Shown in pieces: positions 55,397-64,000 of a stretch of DNA of 64,000 nucleotides. Positions within the stretch are counted from its first letter, which is position 1. Every line of letters starts with the position of its first letter. A program made the translations under genes and the position numbers. Under the pieces are notes generated by a model. The model did not search any database. It was not told the DNA's origin and saw only the letters and a list, made by a program, of their open reading frames with translations. The stretch covers positions 165,875-229,874 of the forward strand of contig CALRFF010000002.1 in the NCBI GenBank assembly GCA_943356495.1, written 5' to 3'. This stretch comes from Candidatus Nomurabacteria bacterium. Its GTDB lineage: Bacteria; Patescibacteriota; Minisyncoccia; Phycocordibacterales; SBAW01.

Positions 55397-56383
55397 ATGA
55401 CTATCGAAGAGCATGTGCCGCTTGCCCCGTTGACCACGTTTGGTCTTGGCGGCGCGGCGCGTTTTTTATTGCGGGTGGGCGATGTCGTGCAGTTGCAAGA
55501 AGCCATTACCTTTGCGCAAGAAAAAAAACTCAACACGTTGTTGCTTGGGGGTGGGTCTAATCTGCTGGTGGGCGACGGCGGGTTTGACGGACTGGTTATT
55601 AAAATAGAAATGCGAGGCGTAGTGCAAGACGGCGACACGCTGGTAGCGGGTGCGGGAGAGAGTTGGGATGCACTGGTGGCGCGTAGTGTCGCGGACGGTT
55701 TGTGGGGGCTCGAAAATCTTTCCGGCATCCCCGGCACGGTAGGTGCCGCGCCCATACAAAACATCGGCGCGTACGGCGCAGAAGTTGCGGATACGCTTGC
55801 GTGGCTCGATGCTTTTGATACGCACGAAGACAAGACGGTACGTTTTTTGGCGCAAGAGTGCGGCTTTGCGTACCGCACCAGCCGGTTTAAACAGGAGTCG
55901 GGGCGCTATGTGGTGCTGCAAGTTGCGTTTGCTCTTAAGAAAAACGGCGTACCAAACCTATCGTACAAAGACCTTGCGGGATTGAAGCAACCGACTCTCG
56001 CCGGCATACGAGCGCAGGTGCTTTCGGTGCGCGCGCAAAAGTTCCCCGACCTCGCCAAAGAGGGCACTGCAGGCTCGTTTTTTCTTAATCCTATTGTGTC
56101 CGGCGAAGTCGCGGGCCGTTTGGCCGCGCAGTATCCGGAGTTGCCGCAGTTCCCCGCAGAGGGCGGCGTAAAACTATCGCTCGCATGGCTGCTCGACGAA
56201 GTATTGCACCTCAAAGGCGCACGTGTCGGCGGCGCGCGGACCTTTGAGCGTCAGCCGCTGGTGCTGGTTGCGACGCCCGACGCGCGCGCAGGCGATGTGT
56301 GCGCGCTTGCCGAACAAATAAAAAAAGAAGCAAAAGAAAAATTAGGAATCGAAATCCAAGAAGAAGTGCGTATCGTGCGGTAA
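55397..56383 (+). CDS. murB: UDP-N-acetylenolpyruvoylglucosamine reductase
   Basis: PLAPLTTFGLGGAARFLL, LLLGGGSNLLV FAD-binding motifs. Start at MTIEEHV. Confidence 0.85.
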   Translation: MTIEEHVPLAPLTTFGLGGAARFLLRVGDVVQLQEAITFAQEKKLNTLLLGGGSNLLVGDGGFDGLVIKIEMRGVVQDGDTLVAGAGESWDALVARSVADGLWGLENLSGIPGTVGAAPIQNIGAYGAEVADTLAWLDAFDTHEDKTVRFLAQECGFAYRTSRFKQESGRYVVLQVAFALKKNGVPNLSYKDLAGLKQPTLAGIRAQVLSVRAQKFPDLAKEGTAGSFFLNPIVSGEVAGRLAAQYPELPQFPAEGGVKLSLAWLLDEVLHLKGARVGGARTFERQPLVLVATPDARAGDVCALAEQIKKEAKEKLGIEIQEEVRIVR

Positions 56384-56554
56384 ATCAGTCGAAGCAGTTA
56401 TCCACAGTTAGAGATTATTTTTCGTTGTATAAGCAGACATAACGTTCGATACTTATTACTAGAGCATCGAATTGCTCTTCTGAGATACTCCTAGGATATT
56501 TCTTTAGAGCGGTCGAGCGATGCGCAACCCAATGCGGTGCAAACCGCCACTATT

Positions 56555-56608
56555 ATGGCCAAGAAAAAGAAGGCAAAGAAAAAGAAGGCAAAGAAGTCGC
56601 GCCGCTAA
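56555..56608 (+). CDS. Micro-ORF encoding a 17-aa poly-lysine peptide (MAKKKKAKKKKAKKSRR)
   Basis: Intact ATG...TAA frame built from a duplicated AAGAAAAAGAAGGCA unit. Followed by two hairpins. Could be a coding peptide, a leader peptide or chance. Confidence 0.2.
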   Translation: MAKKKKAKKKKAKKSRR

Positions 56609-56654
56609 GCGCGAATGTCCCGCACTATTGTGCGGGCATCCTCTCGAAAGAAAA

Positions 56655-56680
56655 GCCGCCGAGCAATCGGCGGTTTTTCT
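56655..56680 (+). terminator. Rho-independent terminator (GCCGCCGA-GCAA-TCGGCGGT + TTTTTCT) just upstream of the secA promoter
   Basis: Read directly from the sequence. A second 7-bp hairpin (CCCGCAC-TATT-GTGCGGG) lies at 56619-56636. Confidence 0.6.
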
Positions 56681-56686
56681 TATAGT

Positions 56687-56696
56687 GTGGTATAGT
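56687..56696 (+). promoter_or_regulatory. GTGGTATAGT extended -10 motif 16 nt upstream of the secA ATG
   Basis: Read directly from the sequence. No SD before secA, consistent with a very short leader. Confidence 0.35.
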
Positions 56697-56711
56697 ATTT
56701 GCCTCACTGGT

Positions 56712-59198
56712 ATGTCATTTCTAACAAAACTATGGGGCGATCCTGCTCAAAAAATAGTAGCCGCAAGTCGCGGCATAGTCGAGGCGGTAAACGGCTTCGA
56801 ACCCGAGTATAAAGCGCTCTCTACCGAGGAGCTGTACGACCGCACCCACAAGTTCCGCAACCGCATATCGGCGGGGGAGACGCTGGAGGATTTGTTGCCC
56901 GAGGCTTTTGCGGCGGTACGCGAAGCGTCGGTGCGCACGGCTGGGCTCCGGCATTTTGACGTACAACTGGTGGGCGGCGTGGTGCTAAACAACCGCGGTA
57001 TTGCGGAAATGAAGACCGGCGAAGGTAAAACCTTGGTCGCCACTTTGCCGGCGTACCTTAACGCGCTTATGGCCAAGGGCGTGCACGTGGTAACGGTCAA
57101 CGATTACTTGGCGCGTCGCGACGCGGCGTGGATGGGGCAGATATACGCGGCGCTCGGCATGTCGGTGGGGATTATCGGCGCCGACGGCTCGTACCGCTAC
57201 GACCCCAAGCATATCGAGACCGACAAAGAGCGTGACCAAGAGGGGAGCTTTAAAGTATTTTATGACTTTTTGCGCCCCTGCACACGGCGCGAGGCGTACG
57301 AGGCCGACATTACCTACGGCACCAACTCGGAATTCGGCTTTGACTACCTGCGCGACCATATTTCCTACGATGCCAAAGATCTGCGCCAGCGCGGCCACTT
57401 TTTTGCGCTGGTAGACGAGATAGACTCTATCCTTATCGACGAGGCGCGCACACCGCTTATTATCTCCGCGCCCACCACCGAGTCGGAAGACCTCTACCGC
57501 ACCTTCGCGCGCATTGCCGGTACGCTCGAGCCCCTACGCGACTACACGGTAGACGAAAAACAACGGGCGATACAGCTGACTGACGAGGGCATTACCCGTG
57601 CGGAAAAGGCACTGGGCGTAGACAATATATACAGCGAGGGCGGTATTAAGTACGTGCACCATTTAGAAACCGCGGTGCGGGCGCAAGCGCTCTTTCATTT
57701 GGACAAAGAGTACGTTATCCGCAGCGGCGAGGTGGTGATAGTCGACGAGTTTACGGGCAGGCTCCAACCGGGGCGCCGCTGGAGCGAGGGGCTCCATCAG
57801 GCCATCGAGGCAAAAGAGGGTGTGGCGGTACAAAAAGAGTCCCGTACTTTTGCGTCTATTACCTACCAAAACTACTTCCGTCTGTACGACAAGCTTGCGG
57901 GCATGACGGGCACCGCTAAAACAAGCTCCGAGGAGTTTTATAAAGTGTACGGGCTCGAGGTTATCGAGGTGCCGACCAACCGCCCCGTACAGCGCAAGGA
58001 CGACAACGACCGCATCTTCCAGACCGAAAACGGCAAGTTTCAGGCGATAGCCTATGGGGTTAAGGAGCTGCATAAAAAAGGCCAGCCGGTGCTTATAGGC
58101 ACGGTGAGCATCGAAAAGAACGAGCTTCTGTCGAACTTTCTAAAGCGCGAGGGCGTGCCGCACGAAATGCTTAACGCCAAAAACCACGAGCGCGAAGGCG
58201 AGATAATCGCGCAGGCCGGGCAAAAAGGCAAAGTTACGGTAGCGACCAACATGGCGGGCCGCGGCGTCGACATTAAGCTCGGCGGTGCTTTGGCTACCCC
58301 TGAGCAGGCCGAAGAGGTCAAGAAACTCGGCGGCCTTTTTGTGCTGGGCACCGAGCGCCACGAGGCGCGGCGCATAGACAACCAGCTGCGCGGCCGCTCG
58401 GGCCGCCAAGGCGACCCGGGCGAAACGCAGTTTTTTGTGTCGCTCGAAGACAGCCTGATGCGTATTTTTGCCCCCGACTCTATTAAGACCATGATGGGCC
58501 GCTTCGGGATACCGGAGGACGAGCCGATAGAAAACCGGATAGTTAACCGCGCACTCGAAAGCGCCCAAAGCAAAATCGAGGGCTTTAACTTCGACGCGCG
58601 TAAGCACGTGCTCGAGTTTGACAACGTGCTCGACAAACAGCGCCGCGCGATATACGACCGCCGCACAAAAATTTTGACCGGCGGGCCGGAGCGCGTTACC
58701 GATGTCCTTACGGAGTTGGCGGCGGACAGTACCGAAGCCCTCGAGCTGCTCAACAAAAAGTCGCACGAGGTGGGGGAGGAGAAGTTTCTTGCCATGGCGC
58801 GCGGCATACTCCTGCAGACGCTCGATTTGCTGTGGGTCGACCACTTGGAGTCAATGGAGTACCTGCGCGGCAGTGTTAACCTGCGCGCCTACGGCCAACG
58901 CGACCCGTTAACCGAGTACCGCCGCGAGGGCACCCGCCTGTATAAAGACCTCGAGGAGATGTACCGTACCCGCGTATTTGAGTTGTTGGAAAAGTTGTCC
59001 GACCTGCCTGCCGGCCAGGCAGGCCAGCCTGCCGCCACGCCGATGCCGAGCCCCGCGCAGGTGTTTACCGTGCGCGCGCCGGGGGCCGACAAAATCGAGC
59101 GCAACGACCCGTGCCCGTGCGGCTCCGGCAAAAAATGGAAGTCCTGCGGGCTACTCAACACCTCCGAGCACCAAACGCTCTTAGCCGCAAAACACTAG
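56712..59198 (+). CDS. secA: Preprotein translocase ATPase SecA
   Basis: TGEGKTLVATLPAYLNAL (Walker A), DEIDSILIDEARTPLIIS, C-terminal zinc finger CPCGSGKKWKSCG. Confidence 0.9.
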   Translation: MSFLTKLWGDPAQKIVAASRGIVEAVNGFEPEYKALSTEELYDRTHKFRNRISAGETLEDLLPEAFAAVREASVRTAGLRHFDVQLVGGVVLNNRGIAEMKTGEGKTLVATLPAYLNALMAKGVHVVTVNDYLARRDAAWMGQIYAALGMSVGIIGADGSYRYDPKHIETDKERDQEGSFKVFYDFLRPCTRREAYEADITYGTNSEFGFDYLRDHISYDAKDLRQRGHFFALVDEIDSILIDEARTPLIISAPTTESEDLYRTFARIAGTLEPLRDYTVDEKQRAIQLTDEGITRAEKALGVDNIYSEGGIKYVHHLETAVRAQALFHLDKEYVIRSGEVVIVDEFTGRLQPGRRWSEGLHQAIEAKEGVAVQKESRTFASITYQNYFRLYDKLAGMTGTAKTSSEEFYKVYGLEVIEVPTNRPVQRKDDNDRIFQTENGKFQAIAYGVKELHKKGQPVLIGTVSIEKNELLSNFLKREGVPHEMLNAKNHEREGEIIAQAGQKGKVTVATNMAGRGVDIKLGGALATPEQAEEVKKLGGLFVLGTERHEARRIDNQLRGRSGRQGDPGETQFFVSLEDSLMRIFAPDSIKTMMGRFGIPEDEPIENRIVNRALESAQSKIEGFNFDARKHVLEFDNVLDKQRRAIYDRRTKILTGGPERVTDVLTELAADSTEALELLNKKSHEVGEEKFLAMARGILLQTLDLLWVDHLESMEYLRGSVNLRAYGQRDPLTEYRREGTRLYKDLEEMYRTRVFELLEKLSDLPAGQAGQPAATPMPSPAQVFTVRAPGADKIERNDPCPCGSGKKWKSCGLLNTSEHQTLLAAKH

Positions 59199-59199
59199 C

Positions 59200-59901
59200 A
59201 TGCCGGCACGCACCATCGGCGCATCGACCGGTTGTTTTTGGAAGCTGGGCGCATCACTGTCGGAGTCGTTGCGCGGATTGAGAGAGAAGGGTATTACCGC
59301 CGTGGAGTTGCACCTTGACGCAGGCTTCGACACTGTAACGCAGGGAGACCTGTCGGGATTTTCGTATATAAGCGTGCATGCCCCGAAACACGATTACAGA
59401 AACAATGCGGAAACACGCGAGCTGCTCGGTCGCATTGCCGCTCTGCATGCGCGGGCGCCGCTGAGTCTAGTGCTCTTTCATCCCGATGTTGTGGCGGAAT
59501 CCGATATGCTTGAAGGTTTGCCGTTTCCTATCGGATTTGAAAACATGGACAGTCGCAAGAGTATGGGCCAGCAGCCCGAAGATCTCCGCCCGCTACTGGA
59601 GCGTTTTCCCGAGTCAAAGTTTGTCTTTGATGTTAACCACATTATGACCAACGACCCGACTATGGCGCTTGCGGAAGAGTTTTACCGCGTGTGGGGTCAT
59701 CGGCTCGGGCAGGTCCACATCAGCGGTTTTGGCGGATTTGCCGACGGCCAGGACCATGTCCCCCTGTTTAAGACAAAACAAACCGAAATTATCAAGGCTG
59801 CCGCGCGGGCTCGTGCTCCGTTTATTATAGAAAGCGCGTTGAGCTTGTTTGACGATATAGTACAAGAATCCGCGTACATTAACGAAGTACTGGCAACATG
59901 A
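59200..59901 (+). CDS. Hypothetical protein, possibly xylose-isomerase-like TIM-barrel (sugar-phosphate isomerase/epimerase) family
   Basis: Weak resemblance only (AVELHLDAG ... SVHAP ... VLFHPD). Confidence 0.3.
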   Translation: MPARTIGASTGCFWKLGASLSESLRGLREKGITAVELHLDAGFDTVTQGDLSGFSYISVHAPKHDYRNNAETRELLGRIAALHARAPLSLVLFHPDVVAESDMLEGLPFPIGFENMDSRKSMGQQPEDLRPLLERFPESKFVFDVNHIMTNDPTMALAEEFYRVWGHRLGQVHISGFGGFADGQDHVPLFKTKQTEIIKAAARARAPFIIESALSLFDDIVQESAYINEVLAT

Positions 59902-60317
59902 CCCCCAGAGAAACAGCGGGTGGTGTGGTATTGGGCCCCGATGGTCGTATCGTGCTGGTTAACCAAGGGAGCAACGTGTGGTCCTTGCCCAAAGGCGGTG
60001 TGGACGAGGGCGAGTCGCTTGCCGATGCGGCGCGCCGCGAGGTAACCGAAGAATGCGGGCTTACCGACCTTACGTTGCGTAAAGAGCTTGGCTCATACTC
60101 CCGCTACCGCACCGGCAAGGGCGGCATCGGCGAGGTTACGACCGAGCCTATAAAACACATCACTATATTTTTGTTTACCACCGCGCAGACGGCTCTTGTC
60201 CGCCAAGAGGGCGAGACCGTGGAGGTGCGCTGGGCCACTGTTGATGAAGCTACTGAGATGCTTACCCACCCTAAAGACAAAGAGTTCCTCCGTTCCGTAC
60301 GCGGTATAATCGGGTAA
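59898..60317 (+). CDS. NUDIX hydrolase
   Basis: Nudix box GGVDEGESLADAARREVTEECGL. Confidence 0.75.
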   Translation: MTPRETAGGVVLGPDGRIVLVNQGSNVWSLPKGGVDEGESLADAARREVTEECGLTDLTLRKELGSYSRYRTGKGGIGEVTTEPIKHITIFLFTTAQTALVRQEGETVEVRWATVDEATEMLTHPKDKEFLRSVRGIIG

Positions 60318-61033
60318 TGCTTTCCTTGACGCTTATATTCGGAGCGTTTGCCGCCGGTATATTGATGTTTCTTGCGCCGTGCACGCTCCCTATTGTACCG
60401 GGGTACTTGGCGTTTATAGCGGGGGAGCGCAAGCGGGTCATGCGCAACGCACTGGCATTTGTGCTCGGGTTTTCTGTGGTGTTTATAGTGCTCGGCGCGT
60501 CTGCGGGACTTTTCGGTATTATTGTCGGACCGTGGCGCTATGCGCTCGGGCAACTCGGTGGGGCGCTTATTATACTCTTCGGGCTTACGATGCTGGGGCT
60601 GCTGCGCATACCTTTCCTTAGCGGCGAGCGGCATATCAAACTGCCGAAGTATATTACCGTCGGCAACCCTTCGAGCTCGCTCCTTATCGGCGTTCTTTTT
60701 GCGCTCGGGTGGAGCCCGTGCATCGGGCCGATACTGGGCACGATACTGTTTTTTGCATCTTCTTCGGCCACCGCCCTTTCGGGCGCACTGCTGCTCACGG
60801 TCTTTAGCGCGGGGCTTGCATTGCCGTTTATCCTTACGGCACTACTGTTGTCGCATGCGCAGAGTATCGTGGTGCACGCGGGCAAAGTGTCGCGGGTCCT
60901 TTCGGTCGTGGGGGGTATCTTTTTAATACTCATCGGTACCGCTATGCTTTTGGGCATGCAAGGACAATTGGTTGCGTGGGCGTACGGAGCACTCGATGTT
61001 GTGGGGTATGACCGATTGCTCAACTACTTGTAA
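60317..61033 (+). CDS. ccdA: Cytochrome c-type biogenesis/thiol-disulfide transfer membrane protein CcdA (DsbD family)
   Basis: Six TM helices with the CTLP and WSPCIGP cysteine motifs. Confidence 0.7.
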   Translation: MLSLTLIFGAFAAGILMFLAPCTLPIVPGYLAFIAGERKRVMRNALAFVLGFSVVFIVLGASAGLFGIIVGPWRYALGQLGGALIILFGLTMLGLLRIPFLSGERHIKLPKYITVGNPSSSLLIGVLFALGWSPCIGPILGTILFFASSSATALSGALLLTVFSAGLALPFILTALLLSHAQSIVVHAGKVSRVLSVVGGIFLILIGTAMLLGMQGQLVAWAYGALDVVGYDRLLNYL

Positions 61034-61050
61034 TAGACTACAGTGTCTGT

Positions 61051-61188
61051 ATGCCGTGGATCGAGATAGCCGTCATCATCGTCGTGGGATTTCTAGCCTT
61101 AAAGTTTTTGGTTAAGCCTTTATTTAAAGTTATCGCGATAGCGGTGATTGGATTTTTTGTATGGCGTTTGTTGATGAACTTTCTATAG
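61051..61188 (+). CDS. Candidate 45-aa two-helix membrane micro-protein overlapping the obg start
   Basis: ATG at 61051 gives MPWIEIAVIIVVGFLALKFLVKPLFKVIAIAVIGFFVWRLLMNFL*. Not in the supplied ORF list (under 60 aa). Overlaps obg by 28 nt in another frame. Confidence 0.25.
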   Translation: MPWIEIAVIIVVGFLALKFLVKPLFKVIAIAVIGFFVWRLLMNFL

Positions 61189-62138
61189 ACGCGCGTGCCG
61201 GCAAGGGCGGCGACGGTGTGGTGCGCTGGCTCCACCTTAAGGGCAAGGAGTACTCGGGCCCCGCGGGGGGTAACGGCGGCAACGGCGGCGATGTATATAT
61301 CCGCGGGGTGCGCGACATTGCGCTCCTTGGCCGCTACCGCGGCGAAAAAAACTTTAAAGCCGGCGACGGCGACGACGGCCAAAGTTACAGCATGGACGGC
61401 AAGCAAGGCAAAGATTTAATTATCGACCTGCCGGTAGGCTCGGTGGTGGAAAACAAAACCACCGGCGAACTCTTTGAGCTCCTTACCGAAGGCGAGCCCA
61501 AAATGATTTTAAAAGGCGGCCGCGGCGGCGCGGGCAACGTGGTGTTTAAGTCCTCCGTTAATACGGCTCCTACCGAATGTACGCCGGGGGCCATGGGGGA
61601 GTCAGCGCCGTTGCATATAGAGTTGCGGCTTATAGCCGACGCGGGATTTGTCGGGCTCCCCAACGCGGGCAAGACGTCGCTTCTTAACGCGCTTACTAAT
61701 GCCGCTGCGAAAGTGGGTGCCTATGCTTTTACTACCCTTGACCCAAATCTTGGAGTATTGCCCGGTGGGTACATACTTGCCGACATCCCCGGCCTTATCG
61801 AAGGGGCCTCGGAAGGGAAGGGTCTTGGCTCTAAGTTCCTCCGCCACGTCTCCCGCACCCGCGAATTAATACACTGCGTTTCGCTCGAATCCGAGAATCC
61901 GGCCGAGGATTATCGGGTAGTACGGGCAGAACTGGAGCAATTCTCGGCAGAATTGGCTCAAAAACCCGAGATTATCGTATTAACGAAGTCGGATACCCGA
62001 GAACCACCGGCTATTAAGGAGATACAGGCATTGTTTAAAAAAGACAAAAAAGAAACTTTGGTGGTAAGTGTTATAGATGACGCATCGGTCAAAGCTTTAC
62101 GCGACCGGTTGGCGGCACTGTTGAGCAAGAGCGTCTAG
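61161..62138 (+). CDS. obg: GTPase Obg/CgtA
   Basis: Obg-fold N-terminus (FVDELSIDARAGKGGDGVV ... GGNGGNGGDVY) and G domain (GLPNAGKTSLLNAL, DIPGLIEGA, TKSD). Confidence 0.85.
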   Translation: MAFVDELSIDARAGKGGDGVVRWLHLKGKEYSGPAGGNGGNGGDVYIRGVRDIALLGRYRGEKNFKAGDGDDGQSYSMDGKQGKDLIIDLPVGSVVENKTTGELFELLTEGEPKMILKGGRGGAGNVVFKSSVNTAPTECTPGAMGESAPLHIELRLIADAGFVGLPNAGKTSLLNALTNAAAKVGAYAFTTLDPNLGVLPGGYILADIPGLIEGASEGKGLGSKFLRHVSRTRELIHCVSLESENPAEDYRVVRAELEQFSAELAQKPEIIVLTKSDTREPPAIKEIQALFKKDKKETLVVSVIDDASVKALRDRLAALLSKSV

Positions 62139-62156
62139 CGCGGTATCCTACTCTAC

Positions 62157-63539
62157 ATGTCCGAGTATCGCCTGACCGTTGGCCTCGAGGTCCATGCCGA
62201 GTTGCGCACGGAGACCAAAATGTTTTGTGCCTGCCGCAATGCGCCCGATGAGCGCGCGCCCAATGTGCACGTGTGCCCGGTATGCTTGGCGCACCCCGGC
62301 ACCTTGCCGGTTATCAACAAACAAGCGGTGCATAACGTGCTCCGCATGGGCGTTGCCATGGACGGCACGCTCGCCGACTACACGGAGTTTGACCGTAAAA
62401 ATTATTTTTACCCCGACATACCCAAGGGCTACCAGATAAGTCAGTATCAACATCCGCTTGTGCGCGGCGGTACGCTTGCGGGCGTTGCGCTTACGCGCGT
62501 GCACCTCGAGGAGGACACCGCCCGTTCGCAACATACCCTTGGTAAGGGCACAAGCGAGGGAGAAAAAAGTTTAGTCGACTACAACCGTGCCGGCGTGCCG
62601 CTCCTCGAGCTGGTGACCGAGCCGGTGATACATAGTGCCGAAGACGCGGGCCGGTTTGCCCGCGAACTGCAGCTGCTGTTGCGATCGGTCGGGGCAGGGG
62701 AAGCCAATATGGAAAAGGGCGAAATGCGCCTAGAGGCAAATATTTCAGTATCAAAGGACGGCACGCTCGGTACAAAGGTAGAGGTCAAAAATATTAATTC
62801 CTTCCGCTCGGTAGAACGGGCTATTGCGTTTGAGGCGGCACGGCAAAGTGCCGCACTGGAGAAGGGGGAAGTGATAGTGCAGGAAACGCGCGGATGGGAC
62901 GAGGCCGCTCAAAAAACATTCTCCCAGCGCAAAAAAGAAAGCAGTCACGACTACCGCTATTTTCCCGACCCCGATTTGCCTAAGCTCGTACTCTCCGAGT
63001 TGCCCGAATGTTCTGCCGCCGCGTTGCGCGCAGGTTTGCCCGAGTTGCCCGCCGCAAAGCGCGCTCGCTTGCAAGCGTTGGGTATCCTGCAAAACCAAGA
63101 CATCGCGCAGCTGGTGGAAGACGCCGTATTGTCCGATTTTTTCAGCAAGGTGGAAACAGAGCTTGATACGCCGGAATTGCTTAAGACAGCGGCCAATTTC
63201 ATACTTAACGACATTGCCGGAGAGCGAAAAAAGAATCCGGATTGGATGCCGCAGGCTGCTCATGTTGTTGCGGTAGTACGCGCGTACCAGAGCGGCGCGC
63301 TGGCGTCTCCGCAAGCAAAAAGTTCTATCTTAAGCGGTACTATGGCGTCAGTAACTGCCGCAGAAACGCTACCCGCGCTGGTCGCCGGTATTATTGACGC
63401 GCACCCGCAGGTCGTCGCCGACTATAAAGCGGGGAAGGGGGCGGCACTCCAATTCCTTATAGGGCAAGGCATGAAAGAGAGTAAAGGCTCGGCTAATCCC
63501 CAGGCCTTGCGCGAGGCTATACAAAAAATTCTCGGATAG
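62157..63539 (+). CDS. gatB: Aspartyl/glutamyl-tRNA(Asn/Gln) amidotransferase subunit B
   Basis: RLTVGLEVHAEL, cysteine-rich CACRNAPD ... CPVC segment, C-terminal GatB/YqeY domain. Confidence 0.9.
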   Translation: MSEYRLTVGLEVHAELRTETKMFCACRNAPDERAPNVHVCPVCLAHPGTLPVINKQAVHNVLRMGVAMDGTLADYTEFDRKNYFYPDIPKGYQISQYQHPLVRGGTLAGVALTRVHLEEDTARSQHTLGKGTSEGEKSLVDYNRAGVPLLELVTEPVIHSAEDAGRFARELQLLLRSVGAGEANMEKGEMRLEANISVSKDGTLGTKVEVKNINSFRSVERAIAFEAARQSAALEKGEVIVQETRGWDEAAQKTFSQRKKESSHDYRYFPDPDLPKLVLSELPECSAAALRAGLPELPAAKRARLQALGILQNQDIAQLVEDAVLSDFFSKVETELDTPELLKTAANFILNDIAGERKKNPDWMPQAAHVVAVVRAYQSGALASPQAKSSILSGTMASVTAAETLPALVAGIIDAHPQVVADYKAGKGAALQFLIGQGMKESKGSANPQALREAIQKILG

Positions 63540-63554
63540 GAGTATACTGTCCGC

Positions 63555-64000
63555 ATGGACGAACTCCAGATATCGGGCAAGCGATTTATCTCGTCGCGCC
63601 GCGTTGCAAAAGAAAACGGCTATCACACCGACTATATCGGCCAACTGATACGTGGCGGAAAAATCAAAGGTCAAAAAGTCGGCCGGGCGTGGTATGTCGA
63701 GGCGTCGTCGCTTGCCGAGTTTTTGGGTACCGAAAGTGCTCCTGCGTTGGTCGAGGCTTCGGTAGAGCAAGTCCCCGAGGTTCCGGCCGCTCCTGTGGTG
63801 CAGACGCCGAGTATGGTGGAGCAAGCCGAGAAGAAAGAGATTACTGTTCCGGTTGCAGAAAAAATAGAAGAAGTAAAAGTCGAGATAGCGGCAGAACCGA
63901 TACCGGAGACAAAGGTTGTAATTAACAAGGAAGAAAAAAAAGTTCTCCCGCATATCTCGGCAGGACTTAAGTATCTTGCCGACGACGAGCCTCTATTGCC
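63555..64000 (+). CDS. Hypothetical protein, 3'-truncated by the window end (possible small HTH-like N-terminus, acidic/Pro-rich tail)
   Basis: Open frame from ATG 63555 to the window edge (MDELQISGKRFISSRRVAKENGYHTDYIGQLIRGGKIKGQKVGRAWYVE...). Confidence 0.35.
   Translation, partial: MDELQISGKRFISSRRVAKENGYHTDYIGQLIRGGKIKGQKVGRAWYVEASSLAEFLGTESAPALVEASVEQVPEVPAAPVVQTPSMVEQAEKKEITVPVAEKIEEVKVEIAAEPIPETKVVINKEEKKVLPHISAGLKYLADDEPLL

Noticed and set aside
56520-56711. Listed N-terminal extension of secA (MRNPMRCKPP..., Arg-rich, from 56520)
   Set aside because: It runs through the terminator hairpins and the promoter motif in a different frame from the poly-Lys micro-ORF. SecA homology begins at MSFLTKLWG (56712).
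58052-58844. 251-aa and 234-aa minus-strand ORFs within secA
   Set aside because: Antisense to a highly conserved gene, low-complexity composition.

Overview
This 64 kb window is high-GC, gene-dense DNA from a bacterium with a divergent, CPR/Patescibacteria-like 16S rRNA gene. It carries housekeeping genes (folD, secD, secF, murC, rsmI, murB, secA, obg, gatB, a NUDIX hydrolase, ccdA). It also carries a stand-alone 16S rRNA gene with its own promoter and terminator and no 23S gene downstream, followed by tRNA-Ile(GAU) and tRNA-Leu(CAG). The dominant feature is a roughly 35 kb, almost entirely co-directional glycan biosynthesis and decoration island (about 17.9-55.2 kb), built from:
- Sugar-nucleotide and glycosyl-transfer enzymes: a UDP-sugar epimerase/dehydratase, about 8 GT4 glycosyltransferases, one GT2, GDP-mannose 4,6-dehydratase, a Wzx-like flippase and a dTDP-glucose-4,6-dehydratase-like enzyme.
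- Decoration enzymes: 4 SAM methyltransferases (two are partial paralogs sharing a near-identical 214 bp repeat), a PhyH-like dioxygenase, three TagF/TagB-like alditol-phosphate transferase paralogs, a NodU/CmcH-type carbamoyltransferase and a sugar C-methyltransferase.
- An atypical ulosonic-acid-like sub-cluster at 41-52 kb: an enolase-superfamily dehydratase, a ketopantoate-reductase-like protein, two NeuA-like cytidylyltransferases, two cupins, two NeuB-like synthases, a CBS-fused nucleotide-sugar dehydrogenase and a D-2-hydroxyacid dehydrogenase.
- A terminal O-antigen-ligase/PglL-like membrane protein with TPR repeats.
Other notable elements are a soluble TraD/VirD4-like ATPase next to a ComEA(HhH)-PKD membrane protein, tandem fasciclin-domain paralogs, a recurring GTGGTATAGT extended -10 promoter motif, and a 17-residue poly-lysine micro-ORF with two hairpins upstream of secA. 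No CRISPR arrays, transposases or integrases were seen. All calls rest on reading the translated ORFs and the nucleotide sequence by eye; no database searches could be run.
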